A stretch of DNA of 33,637 nt from Candidatus Hikarchaeia archaeon HikBin4 (GTDB lineage: Archaea > Halobacteriota > Halobacteria > Halobacteriales > Hikarchaeaceae): positions 1 to 33,637 of the forward strand of contig WTZT01000001.1 of the NCBI GenBank assembly GCA_009889685.1, given 5' to 3'. A program made the translations under genes and the position numbers. Positions 9,446 through 19,877 of this stretch are shown in pieces. The notes beneath the pieces are model-generated. The model saw only the letters and a program-made list of their open reading frames with translations, was not told the origin of the DNA and did no database searches. The stretch's first letter is position 1, and every line of letters begins with the position of its first letter.

Positions 9446-11173
9446 ATGGATAGGAACGAAATCCTCTCTTGGACATCCGATTTCCCCGCAAAACCAGGTG
9501 TATATCTATTTTACTCTCAAGATTTTCCAATCTATATTGGAAAAGCAGTCAATCTCCGTTCTCGCATCCGTTCTTATACAGATCCTAGGTCTCCCCGAAT
9601 TCAACAAATGGTGCAAAAAGCAGATAGGATAGACATCTCTATAACCAACACTGAAACCCAAGCATTACTACTAGAAGCAAATCTCATCAAACGTCATGCA
9701 CCCAAATACAATGTCCGTTTACGAGATGACAAATCTTATCCACTCATCCAGATATCAAACCATTCTTTCCCCCGTATAGAAGTAACTCGGAATCCCGACA
9801 CAAAGGCAAAAGTATACGGTCCCTTCACCGACAGAAAAAAAGTGGATGAAACCGTCAAAGCAATACGAGAAACTTTCGGAATTAGAGGTTGTTCTGACCA
9901 CAAATTTTCAGGTCGATCTCGCCCATGTTTGGACTACGATCTTGGTTTGTGCACCGCCCCCTGTGTTGACTATATAACCCAAAATCAGTACATAGAGGAT
10001 GTTTCATCCGCGGAAGCATTCTTTCGTGGAGCAACCGGAAATTTACTTGAATCTCTATTAGAAAAAATGGGTTCCGCTGCGGATAATCAACAATATGAAC
10101 AAGCAGCCACCCTACGCGACCGCATAGATGCAGTCCGAGGACTTCACGGAGGTGGGGACGCCGTTCAAAAACACGGAGAATCAAAAACTACGGATGTTCT
10201 TGCTGTTTCTATAGAAGGTTCCCATTCTATCGTTTCTCGTTTTCACATTGAAAAAGGAATTCTACTCGACCGTGAACAACATCTACTCGACACCCCCGAC
10301 CATTCTACCCCCGAAACAGTTCTATCTGCTTTCATATCTCAATATTATGCCGATCGAATTTTGCCCAATAATTTGGTCTTATCTGATCGGCCCCACGATT
10401 CTAAAATTTATGTTTGGCTAGAATCAGAACATGTAGAAATATCAACTCCGACTACCGGAAGAGAAGCTGTATTAGTTGAAATGGCACTCAAAAATGCTCG
10501 TCAAAATTTTGTCTCTACTGATGCCACTCTCGCACTTCAAAATTCTCTTTCCATCCCAAAAACAACCCGAATAGAGGCTTTCGATATAAGTCATTCTTCT
10601 GGAGAAGATGTAGTTGGAAGCAATGTGGTCTTCGTAGATGGTTATCCCGAAAAATCTTCTTACAGACGATTGAAACTCAAAGAGACCAACGATGATTATT
10701 CTAATATGTACGATCTCCTAACTTGGAGGGCTAACCGTTCCATCTCTGGAACCGATTCACGCCCCGATCCCCATTTAATCATAGTGGATGGTGGTTCAGG
10801 TCAACTAAACGCAGCTTTAAACGCCATTTCTGATTCCAAATGGAATGTACCTGTTATTGCACTCAAAAAACCAAATGATATTATCGTAACCCCCACTGGG
10901 AACCAAACTTGGCCGCCAAATGCCTCCCATCTGCACCTAATCCAACGCATTCGCGATGAAGCACATAGATTTGCTCTCACATACCACCGCCACTTACGCG
11001 ACGACGTAACAACAACATTAGATTCTGTATCTGGAATCGGACCAGAACTCAGAAAAAGACTTTTCCAAAATTTTGGATCCATTGATGGAATACGCCGCGC
11101 CTCTATCACCGAACTCTGTGGTATACAAGGTATTGGAAAACAAACAGCAACTAAACTCAAAAACCAACTTTAA
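9446..11173 (+). CDS. uvrC: Excinuclease ABC subunit C
   Basis: GIY-YIG domain (GVY...YIGKAVNLRSR), DDKSYP, Cys cluster (C...RPCL...CTAPC), UVR coiled coil, IEAFDISH, DGGSGQ, RIRDEAHRFA and HhH. Likely start ATG 9446 (MDRNE). Confidence 0.96.
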   Translation: MDRNEILSWTSDFPAKPGVYLFYSQDFPIYIGKAVNLRSRIRSYTDPRSPRIQQMVQKADRIDISITNTETQALLLEANLIKRHAPKYNVRLRDDKSYPLIQISNHSFPRIEVTRNPDTKAKVYGPFTDRKKVDETVKAIRETFGIRGCSDHKFSGRSRPCLDYDLGLCTAPCVDYITQNQYIEDVSSAEAFFRGATGNLLESLLEKMGSAADNQQYEQAATLRDRIDAVRGLHGGGDAVQKHGESKTTDVLAVSIEGSHSIVSRFHIEKGILLDREQHLLDTPDHSTPETVLSAFISQYYADRILPNNLVLSDRPHDSKIYVWLESEHVEISTPTTGREAVLVEMALKNARQNFVSTDATLALQNSLSIPKTTRIEAFDISHSSGEDVVGSNVVFVDGYPEKSSYRRLKLKETNDDYSNMYDLLTWRANRSISGTDSRPDPHLIIVDGGSGQLNAALNAISDSKWNVPVIALKKPNDIIVTPTGNQTWPPNASHLHLIQRIRDEAHRFALTYHRHLRDDVTTTLDSVSGIGPELRKRLFQNFGSIDGIRRASITELCGIQGIGKQTATKLKNQL

Positions 11174-11179
11174 CCACCT

Positions 11180-13186
11180 TTATTCTTCAGGGACGATCCA
11201 ATTATCTTCATTTTTAAATTTTTTCTGCAATTCTCCAATTCTATCTCTAATATCCGCCGCAAGTTCAAACTCAAGATTTTCAGCAGCTTCTCTCATTTTT
11301 TCACTTAGAATTTCACATATCTCCAAAGCATCGTCACGATTCTCTGGTTCCACCCTTCCAATACCACCTGTGTTTGTTCGCCCCCCTGGCAATCCAGAAT
11401 CTCCAACTGGCTTTTCAATTGATCTAGGAACATGCCCATGTTCTTTGTTAAACATTTCTTGTCTAACCCGTCTCCGTTCAGTTTCAACCATTGCTGCTTC
11501 CATCGACCGAGTAATTCTATCTGCATACAAAACAACTTCTCCGTTTATATTCCGGGCCGCACGCCCGATTATTTGAATCAGAGCCCGTGTAGACCGTAGA
11601 AACCCTTCTTGATCTGCATCAAGCACCGCCACCAATGAAACCTCTGGAAGGTCGAGCCCCTCCCTTAAAAGATTAATCCCAACTAATATATCAAATTCCC
11701 CCAACCGTAAACCCCGAATCAATTCATACCTCTCTAATGTCTTTGTCTCACTGTGCATATACTCTGCATCAAAACCAGCTCCTACCAAATATTCTGTCAA
11801 ATCTTCGGCCATTCGTTTCGTCAAAGTCGTCACCAAAACCCTTTCACCAAATTCGATTTTCAAACGAATTCTCTCCATTAAATCATCTATTTGATTTTTA
11901 GCAGGCATGACTATTACTTTTGGATCAATCAGGTAAGTCGGCCTTACTATTTGCTCTACAACCTGATCTGAAACTTCTAATTCATAATCTCCCGGAGTGG
12001 CAGACAAATAGAGAGTTCGAGCATCTATTCTCTCAAATTCTTCAAACATAAGAGGGCGGTTATCATAAGCCGTTGGCAACCGAAATCCATTTTCTACTAG
12101 CGCCCCCTTCCGCGATTTATCCGCTGCAAATTGCCCTCGAATTTGAGGTAACATTTGATGCGATTCATCCACAACAATCAAGAATTCTTCCGGAAAATAA
12201 TCAATTAAAGTACATGGCGAATCTCCTGAAACCCGATTAGAAAGATGGATCGAATAATTTTCTATCCCCGGAACGTGCCCTGTTTCTCTCAGCATTTCAA
12301 CATCGAATTTAGTTCTATCTTCTATTCTCTGTGCAGCAACCAAATCTCCCCTCCGTTCAAAATATTTTATCTGTTCCTCCATAAGGAATTCAATTTCTAA
12401 AATAGCATTGTCCAATCTTCCCATTGGAATAGAATAGTGCACAGCAGGGTGAATCAAAACCACAGGATCTTCTCCTTTTAATTTTCCCTCCAATGGATCA
12501 AACCTAGTTATTCTATCGATCTGGTCACCCCAAAATTCAATTCTTATTGAATACCTTCCATAAATAGGATATATCTCGACCGTATCTCCTCGGACTCTAA
12601 ATTTACCATGTGAGAAATCAATATCATTCCGGCGATAATTTAAATTGACTAGATCTCGAACCACTTCATCTCTATCAATCATCTGACCTTTTGATAATCT
12701 AATCGCCATATCTTCATAATCTGCAGGATCCCCCAGACCATATATGGCAGAAACGGAAGCTACTACAATAACGTCTTTCCTGGTCAAAAGAGAATGCGTC
12801 GCAGAATGACGGAGGCGTTCTATTTGCTCATTTATCGACGCGTCTTTTGCAATGTATGTCCCCGTTTGTTCTATGTATGCTTCTGGCTGATAATAGTCAT
12901 AATGGGAAACAAAATATTCCACCGCATTATTTGGAAACAATTTTCTAAATTCTTCATATAGTTGTGCAGCAAGTGTTTTGTTATGGGTAATAACTAGTGT
13001 TGGAATTCCCAATCTTTCAATTACCCATGAAACTGTATTTGTTTTCCCCGATCCTGTGACTCCTAGTAGTGTCTGACGTTTTACCCCTGCTTTGAAACCC
13101 GATACAATCTTCTCAATAGCATCCGGCTGATCTCCTGCTGGATCAAAACCAGCTTCTACACGAAATTCATTCCCATCCAACCCCAT
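11180..13186 (-). CDS. uvrB: Excinuclease ABC subunit B
   Basis: Motifs [33 protein letters not shown] beta-hairpin, [22 protein letters not shown] and GRAARN. C-terminal UVR domain. Confidence 0.97.
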   Translation of the reverse strand: MGLDGNEFRVEAGFDPAGDQPDAIEKIVSGFKAGVKRQTLLGVTGSGKTNTVSWVIERLGIPTLVITHNKTLAAQLYEEFRKLFPNNAVEYFVSHYDYYQPEAYIEQTGTYIAKDASINEQIERLRHSATHSLLTRKDVIVVASVSAIYGLGDPADYEDMAIRLSKGQMIDRDEVVRDLVNLNYRRNDIDFSHGKFRVRGDTVEIYPIYGRYSIRIEFWGDQIDRITRFDPLEGKLKGEDPVVLIHPAVHYSIPMGRLDNAILEIEFLMEEQIKYFERRGDLVAAQRIEDRTKFDVEMLRETGHVPGIENYSIHLSNRVSGDSPCTLIDYFPEEFLIVVDESHQMLPQIRGQFAADKSRKGALVENGFRLPTAYDNRPLMFEEFERIDARTLYLSATPGDYELEVSDQVVEQIVRPTYLIDPKVIVMPAKNQIDDLMERIRLKIEFGERVLVTTLTKRMAEDLTEYLVGAGFDAEYMHSETKTLERYELIRGLRLGEFDILVGINLLREGLDLPEVSLVAVLDADQEGFLRSTRALIQIIGRAARNINGEVVLYADRITRSMEAAMVETERRRVRQEMFNKEHGHVPRSIEKPVGDSGLPGGRTNTGGIGRVEPENRDDALEICEILSEKMREAAENLEFELAADIRDRIGELQKKFKNEDNWIVPEE

Positions 13187-13249
13187 TATCTCTTGCTAAC
13201 AACCGTAACTATTTCAGACAAACGTTCTTTTACTTAATCAGTCATTTCC

Positions 13250-13420
13250 TCAAACCCATTCCTGTAGTATGATGGAATCAAACATAGAAGCACATATCCA
13301 AGCTCCGTCTTCTGTAATATCTGCTATTATGAAATTTGGAGTTTCTCCATCTGTATCAATAGAAGCCATAACCTCGTGACCATCTCCACTTCTTGGTACT
13401 TCTGTCAAGTCACTTGCCAT
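13250..13420 (-). CDS. Small acidic protein (56 aa) resembling a haloarchaeal conserved hypothetical family (V-x-ASID...FIIADI-xx-DGAW...W)
   Basis: Motif recalled from haloarchaeal small proteins near glyS (possibly DUF7556, unverified). ATG 13420 has a minus-strand TTTATG (13445-13450) 25-30 nt upstream. Confidence 0.7.
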   Translation of the reverse strand: MASDLTEVPRSGDGHEVMASIDTDGETPNFIIADITEDGAWICASMFDSIILQEWV

Positions 13421-13510
13421 ATCGTGCGAATTGCTGTCATTTAACATAAACCCGTCGAAATCCTTTTCATCACCCACCTTTCACAAGCTAAAAGATAGTA
13501 ATTAAAATCC

Positions 13511-15244
13511 ATGACTAACGTAGATGATCTAAATGAACTAGCCAAACGCAGGGGTTTCTTTTTCCCCGCAAACGATTCTTACGGCGGACTAGCAGGATTC
13601 TATGTGTATGGCCCTGCAGGGGCTGCATTAAAAAACAACATAGAAAATTCATGGAGGGCAAAATTTGTAATCGGCGAAGGCCATTTCGAAATTTCAACTC
13701 CCACCATTTCTCCCTCTCCTGTATTCAAAGCGTCAGGCCATCTAGATGAATTCGATGATCTTCTAATAACCTGTTCAACATGCGAAACTTCCCATCGAGC
13801 CGATCATTTGCTCAAAAGTCAACACACACTTTCTCAATCCTCAGACGTTTCTATCCAAGAATTCAAAAAATTCCTTTCTATGTATTCTCTTACTTGTCCC
13901 TCCTGCAAAAATACATTAGACGATTCAACTTTACGGGAATTCAATCTAATGTTCGCCACGAAAGTTGGTCCAGGTTCTCAAACCCCCGGATATCTCCGCC
14001 CCGAGACCGCACAAGGAATCTTTGTTGAATTTCCAAGATTATCTTCTTATGCACGTGGAAAATTACCGTTTGGTGTCGCCCAAATAGGAACTTCTTACCG
14101 GAATGAAATTAGTCCTAGGAAGGGTCTCACACGATTAAGAGAATTCACACAAGCAGAATTAGAACTATTCATTCACCCTACAGATCTTGGCCCAACAATT
14201 GCCCCAACAACCACTAAACTCCCTCTCTATTCTATTTCTCAACAAGAATCAAATGGGACTCTAGAATCCGTAACAGCTAGGGAAGCATTAGATCAAAATA
14301 TAATTTCGAATCGATGGATAGCATATTATTTAGAACTATCTATTGACTGGTATAATTCCATTGGCATCGACCTCAACCGTTTCAGATACCGTCAGCACAT
14401 GCCTAATGAATTAGCACACTATGCCTCAGATTGTTGGGACGCCGAAGTAGAAATCGGTGGGGATTGGATCGAAATAACTGGCTTCGCCCATCGTGGAAAT
14501 TATGATCTTTCTAAACACAACACCCATTCTTCGGATGACTTTACAATGTTTATTCCCCTCGACGAACCCCAGAAAAAAATACAAACTAACCTAAACCCTG
14601 ATATGGAATATTTCGGACCAACTTTCGGAAAATTAGCCCCCGAAATCCTATCTAGAATAGATGAAATGGCAATGTCCAATTCCAACATTTTTGATCCCCC
14701 CGAAATAAATGTAGATATAAACGGAACTATACACTCAGTTCTCTCAAAACATCTTCATCCTACCACTGGGGAAACCATCATAAATGGCGAACACATACTA
14801 CCTCATGTGATTGAACCTTCCTTTGGCATCGATAGAATTATTTACTCCATACTCGCCCATGCCTTCCATGAAGATACCATCGACGGTGAAACACGATTTC
14901 TACTTTCTCTTCCTCCTTCTATTGCTCCCACATTTGTAGGTATATTCCCTCTACTAACTCGGGATAACCTAGACGTGATTGCACAAGATATGGCTTCAAA
15001 TCTCCGCACAAGTGGTTTTTCTGTTACTCATGACGAATCTGGTAGTATTGGGAAACGTTATCGCCGCCAAGATGAAGTCGGAACTCCTTTTTGCGTTACT
15101 ATTGATCATCAATACTTTGAGGACCACACAGTGACCCTCCGAGAACGAAATTCAGCAACCCAAATAAGGATAGAAGCCAACTCTATTCCTACTATATTGG
15201 AAAGCCTTCGGAATGGATCATCCACCTTTTCTGATCTTGTATAG
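13511..15244 (+). CDS. glyS: Glycine--tRNA ligase (archaeal/eukaryotic alpha2 type)
   Basis: Motifs LAKRRGFF, ASGHLDEF, FNLMF, YLRPETAQG, RNEISPR, AHYA, EPSFGIDR and SIGKRYRRQDEVGTP. Confidence 0.97.
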   Translation: MTNVDDLNELAKRRGFFFPANDSYGGLAGFYVYGPAGAALKNNIENSWRAKFVIGEGHFEISTPTISPSPVFKASGHLDEFDDLLITCSTCETSHRADHLLKSQHTLSQSSDVSIQEFKKFLSMYSLTCPSCKNTLDDSTLREFNLMFATKVGPGSQTPGYLRPETAQGIFVEFPRLSSYARGKLPFGVAQIGTSYRNEISPRKGLTRLREFTQAELELFIHPTDLGPTIAPTTTKLPLYSISQQESNGTLESVTAREALDQNIISNRWIAYYLELSIDWYNSIGIDLNRFRYRQHMPNELAHYASDCWDAEVEIGGDWIEITGFAHRGNYDLSKHNTHSSDDFTMFIPLDEPQKKIQTNLNPDMEYFGPTFGKLAPEILSRIDEMAMSNSNIFDPPEINVDINGTIHSVLSKHLHPTTGETIINGEHILPHVIEPSFGIDRIIYSILAHAFHEDTIDGETRFLLSLPPSIAPTFVGIFPLLTRDNLDVIAQDMASNLRTSGFSVTHDESGSIGKRYRRQDEVGTPFCVTIDHQYFEDHTVTLRERNSATQIRIEANSIPTILESLRNGSSTFSDLV

Positions 15245-15297
15245 TCCTAGACGAATACCTTAACACCATAGGTTTCGAATTTACAGATTGAATCGGG

Positions 15298-17574
15298 ATG
15301 CCAGAAGAAAATTCAGTTAATGTTCAGCACCCACTCATACGTCCTGGAACCCTTGAGTCGCGATCATATCAATTAAAACTAGCCGAAAAATCACTTTCTG
15401 AAAACACTCTAGTTTGCTTACCAACAGGCCTCGGAAAAACTGCAATTAGTCTATTAGTAACTGTCCACCGACTGAATCAGTTTGGAGGCAAATCTCTGCT
15501 TCTTGCTCCCACCAAACCACTCGTACATCAACACGCAACCGATTACCGAAACTGGTTAAACCTATCTGCATCCGATATTGTATCTTTCACCGGAGAAATT
15601 CCTCCAAAACAACGTAGTGAACTGTGGGATAGCGCCACCATCATCATATCAACACCTCAGGTTATCCAAAATGATCTAATTGGCGGGAGAATTTCACTCA
15701 AAGATGTAGTTCATTGCACTTTTGACGAATGCCATAGGGCAACTGGAAACTATGCATACACTTACATCTCCGAACGATACGTTACTGATGCATCAAACCC
15801 TCTTTCAACTGGCTTATCTGCATCTCCTGGAAATGATATTGAATCTATTCTTGCAGTTTGCAACAATCTCTCTCTTTCCCAAACTGAAATACTCACAGAA
15901 GAGGATGCAGAAGTTGCTCCTTTTGCTGGAAAAACTAACATCGAATGGGTCCGGGTAAATCTATCCCCTGAGGCAATAGAAATTAGAAATTTACTCCGAA
16001 ACCTAATGAAAAAACGCCTCTCCCGACTGAAATCTATCGGAATTTCTATCCCTTCCTCTAGCAGTCTATCCGAGCGCGATCTTCAACAACTTAGATCTCA
16101 GATTCAATCTAAAATCGATGCAGGAAATGGGGATGGTTATGAAGCCCTTTCCCTACACGCAGAACTAAGAAAGATAAAAGTTGGCATCAATTACGTAGAA
16201 ACCCAAAGTGTAGATGCATTAAATCAATACCTTGAACGTCAAAAGAATGCATCCCGAACCTCTGGAGCTTCAAAAGCAGCTCAGAGATTTATATCCGATC
16301 CATTAACTCAGCAAGCAAAACATCTTGCAAAAAAACATCAAGGACTCCCCCCGAAATTTGAAACCGTTCGTGTTCTAATTGCGGAGGAACTTGGGATCGC
16401 TGGCGGTGTACGAGTCATTGTTTTCACCGAATCACGAGATACTGCAGATTCTCTCACTGAATTTTTATCTCCCAATTTTACAACAGAACGATTTGTTGGA
16501 CAAACCACTAGGTATGGGTCCTCTGGAATGACTCAAAAACAGCAACATGAAACAATCTCCAAATTTAAAAATGGGGATTTCAACGTTTTAGTTTCAACTT
16601 CTGTCGCCGAAGAAGGTCTAGATATTCCCGACGTAGATCTAGTTATTTTCTTTGAACCTGTCCCAACAGCTATTCGGAACATACAACGTAGAGGAAGAAC
16701 TGGGCGGGGGACTCAAGGAAAGGTAGTTGTTATCATCGCGAATGACACTCGTGATGAAACCTACTTCTGGATCTCTCGAAAAAGAGAGCAACAAATGCAC
16801 AACGAACTGAGATCTTTAAGATCTTCTATTGCAAAATTAAACATTAAATTGCCCCCTACAAATCCTCCCCTCCCTGCGCAACCCACACTCACGGATTTTA
16901 CCACTGTTGACTCCCCGCCCAAAATTGAAATCATCATCGACCAAAGGGAGCTAAATTCTTCAATAACCAAGCAATTATCTTCCAAAGAAAATATACAGAT
17001 CAAACTAGAAACACTCGCTGTGGGGGATTATATTCTATCTGACCGCGTCGCAGTCGAGCGAAAAACGATAGATGATTTCTTAGATACACTTGTTGGAAGC
17101 GACCGATCTTTATTTGATCAAGTGAAAAACTTATCTCAAAATTATTCCCGTCCACTTGTTATTATAGAAGGAGAGGGATCTCTATACTCTAGGCGAAATA
17201 TACACCCCAACGCGATCAGAGGGGCCATGGCATCACTCGCAATAAATTTTGGTGCTAGTGTATTGAGAACCTCTGATGAAAACGACACAGCACAGATGCT
17301 TGAGATAATCGCACGCAGAGAACAAATTTCTACAGGGAGATCTATACAAGTTCATGGATCAAAATCACAAAAAACTCTCCCCGAACAACAAGAATATGTA
17401 GTTTCTTCAATTGCAGAAATAGGCCCCATAACCGCTCAACTCTTGTTAGAACACTTTGGTACTGTCGAAGCTATCATGTCAGCTAGCGAAGACCAACTCC
17501 AACAAGTAAAAGGGGTTGGAAAAATAACGGCAGAGCGTATTAAGAAAATCACTTCCTCACCCTACCCCTCGTGA
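15298..17574 (+). CDS. hef: Hef: SF2 helicase fused to XPF/ERCC4 nuclease (FANCM-like)
   Basis: Helicase motifs PTGLGKT, DECH, SAS, EEGLD and QRRGRTGR. Nuclease GDY...ERKTIDD and C-terminal (HhH)2. Confidence 0.95.
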   Translation: MPEENSVNVQHPLIRPGTLESRSYQLKLAEKSLSENTLVCLPTGLGKTAISLLVTVHRLNQFGGKSLLLAPTKPLVHQHATDYRNWLNLSASDIVSFTGEIPPKQRSELWDSATIIISTPQVIQNDLIGGRISLKDVVHCTFDECHRATGNYAYTYISERYVTDASNPLSTGLSASPGNDIESILAVCNNLSLSQTEILTEEDAEVAPFAGKTNIEWVRVNLSPEAIEIRNLLRNLMKKRLSRLKSIGISIPSSSSLSERDLQQLRSQIQSKIDAGNGDGYEALSLHAELRKIKVGINYVETQSVDALNQYLERQKNASRTSGASKAAQRFISDPLTQQAKHLAKKHQGLPPKFETVRVLIAEELGIAGGVRVIVFTESRDTADSLTEFLSPNFTTERFVGQTTRYGSSGMTQKQQHETISKFKNGDFNVLVSTSVAEEGLDIPDVDLVIFFEPVPTAIRNIQRRGRTGRGTQGKVVVIIANDTRDETYFWISRKREQQMHNELRSLRSSIAKLNIKLPPTNPPLPAQPTLTDFTTVDSPPKIEIIIDQRELNSSITKQLSSKENIQIKLETLAVGDYILSDRVAVERKTIDDFLDTLVGSDRSLFDQVKNLSQNYSRPLVIIEGEGSLYSRRNIHPNAIRGAMASLAINFGASVLRTSDENDTAQMLEIIARREQISTGRSIQVHGSKSQKTLPEQQEYVVSSIAEIGPITAQLLLEHFGTVEAIMSASEDQLQQVKGVGKITAERIKKITSSPYPS

Positions 17575-17647
17575 CGCATTCGCTATTTAAAAGAGCTTTA
17601 TTGAGAGCCGCCGCCATGTCTATGTCCAATCAAACCCACTACATTTC

Positions 17648-18028
17648 ATGGTAACTGTAATAGCCATGCAAATAGTAGGCATAGTCTGCGTCGTTCTTGG
17701 AATAGTAATGAATCTCGATCCAGTCAGGTTCAACGAGAGTATATTTGGCAAAGTTGACAAAAAAGCCGTTAATCAACTTGCCGCCCTGAGACTTCCTCTT
17801 GGAGGCTGTATCATGGCCGTTGGTATCATCCATCTCTACTGTAGTGTGACGGTAACCAGCGTCGACGCGATGAAAGCCATCCTCCTCGCCACAGCAATTG
17901 GATTAATCGTTTTGGGAGCCACCGTCATTTCCGGAAAAACTCGCGGTTTCAGTGATCAAATCCCACGGATGCCAATTGCTATATTAAGCGTTCTAATAGC
18001 TATTTGTCTCTACGCCTCGCTATTCTGA
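17648..18028 (+). CDS. Hypothetical membrane protein, about 4 TM helices
   Basis: 126-aa ORF with four hydrophobic stretches, filling the gap between hef and the Zn-finger gene. Confidence 0.75.
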   Translation: MVTVIAMQIVGIVCVVLGIVMNLDPVRFNESIFGKVDKKAVNQLAALRLPLGGCIMAVGIIHLYCSVTVTSVDAMKAILLATAIGLIVLGATVISGKTRGFSDQIPRMPIAILSVLIAICLYASLF

Positions 18029-18060
18029 CTAGGCTAGACAAACTCACGAAACAAATACTG

Positions 18061-18486
18061 CTATTTTCCAACTTCATCCATCATCCGAAGAACTTCAGTA
18101 GCTTCTTTCATCGCACTTAGATATTCTTTCATTTTCTGTATATCTTCTTCCTGTTCCACCTTTTCAGTGAGATCTTCTATTTTATTCATTATTACAGTTC
18201 GTGCCCCTGTTAGCTGTCCCCCCGTCCTTTTCCGTTCACTTTGGTCCTTTTGACTGTCTACTTCTTTCTCGGTTGTGCCTTGTTTTCCTTTTTTGCAAAT
18301 TGGGCAAAACTCTTCCCCCTCTTGACGGAAAATAGGATTTCCACACGTTTTACAGTGTTTTCTAGTCATAGTCGCTCCCTGTAATAATAGGGAACTCATC
18401 ACCTGGGCGGATTCTCTACTTTTAGCTTCTTTTTCAAACTGTAAACGAAGTTTTTCTCTTTCTGCATCTTTATCAATTTCTGCCAT
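18061..18486 (-). CDS. Zn-ribbon protein, Sjogren/scleroderma autoantigen 1 (UPF0148) family
   Basis: MSSLLLQGATMTRKHCKTCGNPIF...FCPIC signature, with charged helical N- and C-termini as in haloarchaeal homologues. Confidence 0.88.
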   Translation of the reverse strand: MAEIDKDAEREKLRLQFEKEAKSRESAQVMSSLLLQGATMTRKHCKTCGNPIFRQEGEEFCPICKKGKQGTTEKEVDSQKDQSERKRTGGQLTGARTVIMNKIEDLTEKVEQEEDIQKMKEYLSAMKEATEVLRMMDEVGK

Positions 18487-18552
18487 TGATATCTCTAAAA
18501 ATCCATCGGGGGAAAAATCCTCCGAAGAACCAATTATTTCTCCGTTCCTTTT

Positions 18553-18568
18553 CGAAGCATTTTAAATA
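18553..18568 (+). promoter_or_regulatory. BRE/TATA of mdh (leaderless)
   Basis: CGAA (18553-18556) then TTTTAAATA (18560-18568), 23-31 nt upstream of ATG 18591. Confidence 0.65.
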
Positions 18569-18590
18569 CCCGCCCGAGTTGTTTCTGGTA

Positions 18591-19508
18591 ATGTCAAAAA
18601 TTTCTATCATTGGTGCAGCAGGAACGGTGGGTTCCTCATTTGGATATCACTTAGCAATCCAATCTATAGTCGATGAGATAGTATACATCGATATTCCTTC
18701 AAAACATTCTTTCACAGTCGGACAAGTAGAAGATACAAATCATGCCTTAGCATATCATTCTGACACTGATGTCTCTTGCGGAGAATATGCCGACACGGAA
18801 AACTCCGATATCATCGTTATCACTGCAGGAAAACCAAGACAACCTGGACAAAATAGAATTGATCTAGCCACTGATAACACGGCCATTTTAGATTCTATTC
18901 TTGATTCTCTTTTAGAATACAACGACGATTTCATATCAATTATCACAACCAATCCCGTGGATCTACTAAACCGATACGTATTTGAATCGGGCAATCGCCC
19001 CCGCAAAAGTGTGCTTGGGTTTGGTGGTATTCTTGATTCTGCACGATTTCGTTACACACTTTCTAAAACTCTTTCTCTCCCTGTAACTGATATTGACGCA
19101 ACAATTTTAGGTGAACATGGCGATTCCCAAGTGCCTATTTTTTCCCAAATTAAGCTCCCTGAAGACACTACGATCTCATTTTCAATCGAAGAACAGGAAT
19201 CTATTCTTTCTAGTCTAAAAGAATCTGCCATGCGTGTAATTGAACAGAAAAAAGCTACTCAATGGGGACCATCTGCCGGATTATATCACATGGTGGCCGC
19301 CATCATAGAAAACAAAAATCAAGTTTTACCCTGTTCTGTAGTCCTCGACGGTGAATATGGTTTATCTGATGTTAGTCTTGGTGTTCCCGCCCATCTTGAT
19401 TCTGCTGGAATGAAAGAAATCCTTGAGTGGAACCTCTCCAATTCTGAGGAAGATGCCCTCAAAAAATCAGCAGAAAAATTAGATTCTGAGTACGCCCTTC
19501 TAAAATAG
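18591..19508 (+). CDS. mdh: Malate dehydrogenase (LDH-like tetrameric type)
   Basis: GAAGTVG, TAGKPRQPGQNRIDL (Arg at the MDH specificity position), NPVD, LDSARF, GEHGD and ATQWGP. Start at ATG 18591. Confidence 0.94.
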   Translation: MSKISIIGAAGTVGSSFGYHLAIQSIVDEIVYIDIPSKHSFTVGQVEDTNHALAYHSDTDVSCGEYADTENSDIIVITAGKPRQPGQNRIDLATDNTAILDSILDSLLEYNDDFISIITTNPVDLLNRYVFESGNRPRKSVLGFGGILDSARFRYTLSKTLSLPVTDIDATILGEHGDSQVPIFSQIKLPEDTTISFSIEEQESILSSLKESAMRVIEQKKATQWGPSAGLYHMVAAIIENKNQVLPCSVVLDGEYGLSDVSLGVPAHLDSAGMKEILEWNLSNSEEDALKKSAEKLDSEYALLK

Positions 19509-19522
19509 TTTACCCAAACACT

Positions 19523-19765
19523 TCACACAATCCGATTTCCTTCATCATCATATAATTTTATAGCATCGACCGGACAGACCCGGGCGGCCATTTCCGCCTC
19601 AAACTCTTCTCCTTTTGGAACTTCTATTGTGAATATATTTTCCCTTTCTTCTATTGAATTTCTCAAGTCCGCTTTCCCATGTTTAAGATTTTTCTGAAAT
19701 ACTTCCCACTCGTGAACACATTGAAACATTCCCGTGCAAGTATACCGATCAAATTCTATTTTCAT
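19523..19765 (-). CDS. Monocluster ferredoxin, probably [3Fe-4S]
   Basis: C-T-G-M-F-Q-C with Met at the second Cys position, plus CPVDAI. Divergent from hel308 as in haloarchaea. Confidence 0.88.
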   Translation of the reverse strand: MKIEFDRYTCTGMFQCVHEWEVFQKNLKHGKADLRNSIEERENIFTIEVPKGEEFEAEMAARVCPVDAIKLYDDEGNRIV

Positions 19766-19877
19766 ATCTACTCTTTAGTCTTAGCTTGTCTTATGTATGC
19801 CGAGATTTCACAACCAATATCTGAAGATTTTATCCACCATACTCATTACTCTCGCTAACTTCTTATTAACAACATAC

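Noticed and set aside
18591..19508. L-lactate dehydrogenase
   Set aside because: The specificity loop has Arg (PRQPG), diagnostic of MDH rather than the Gln of LDH.
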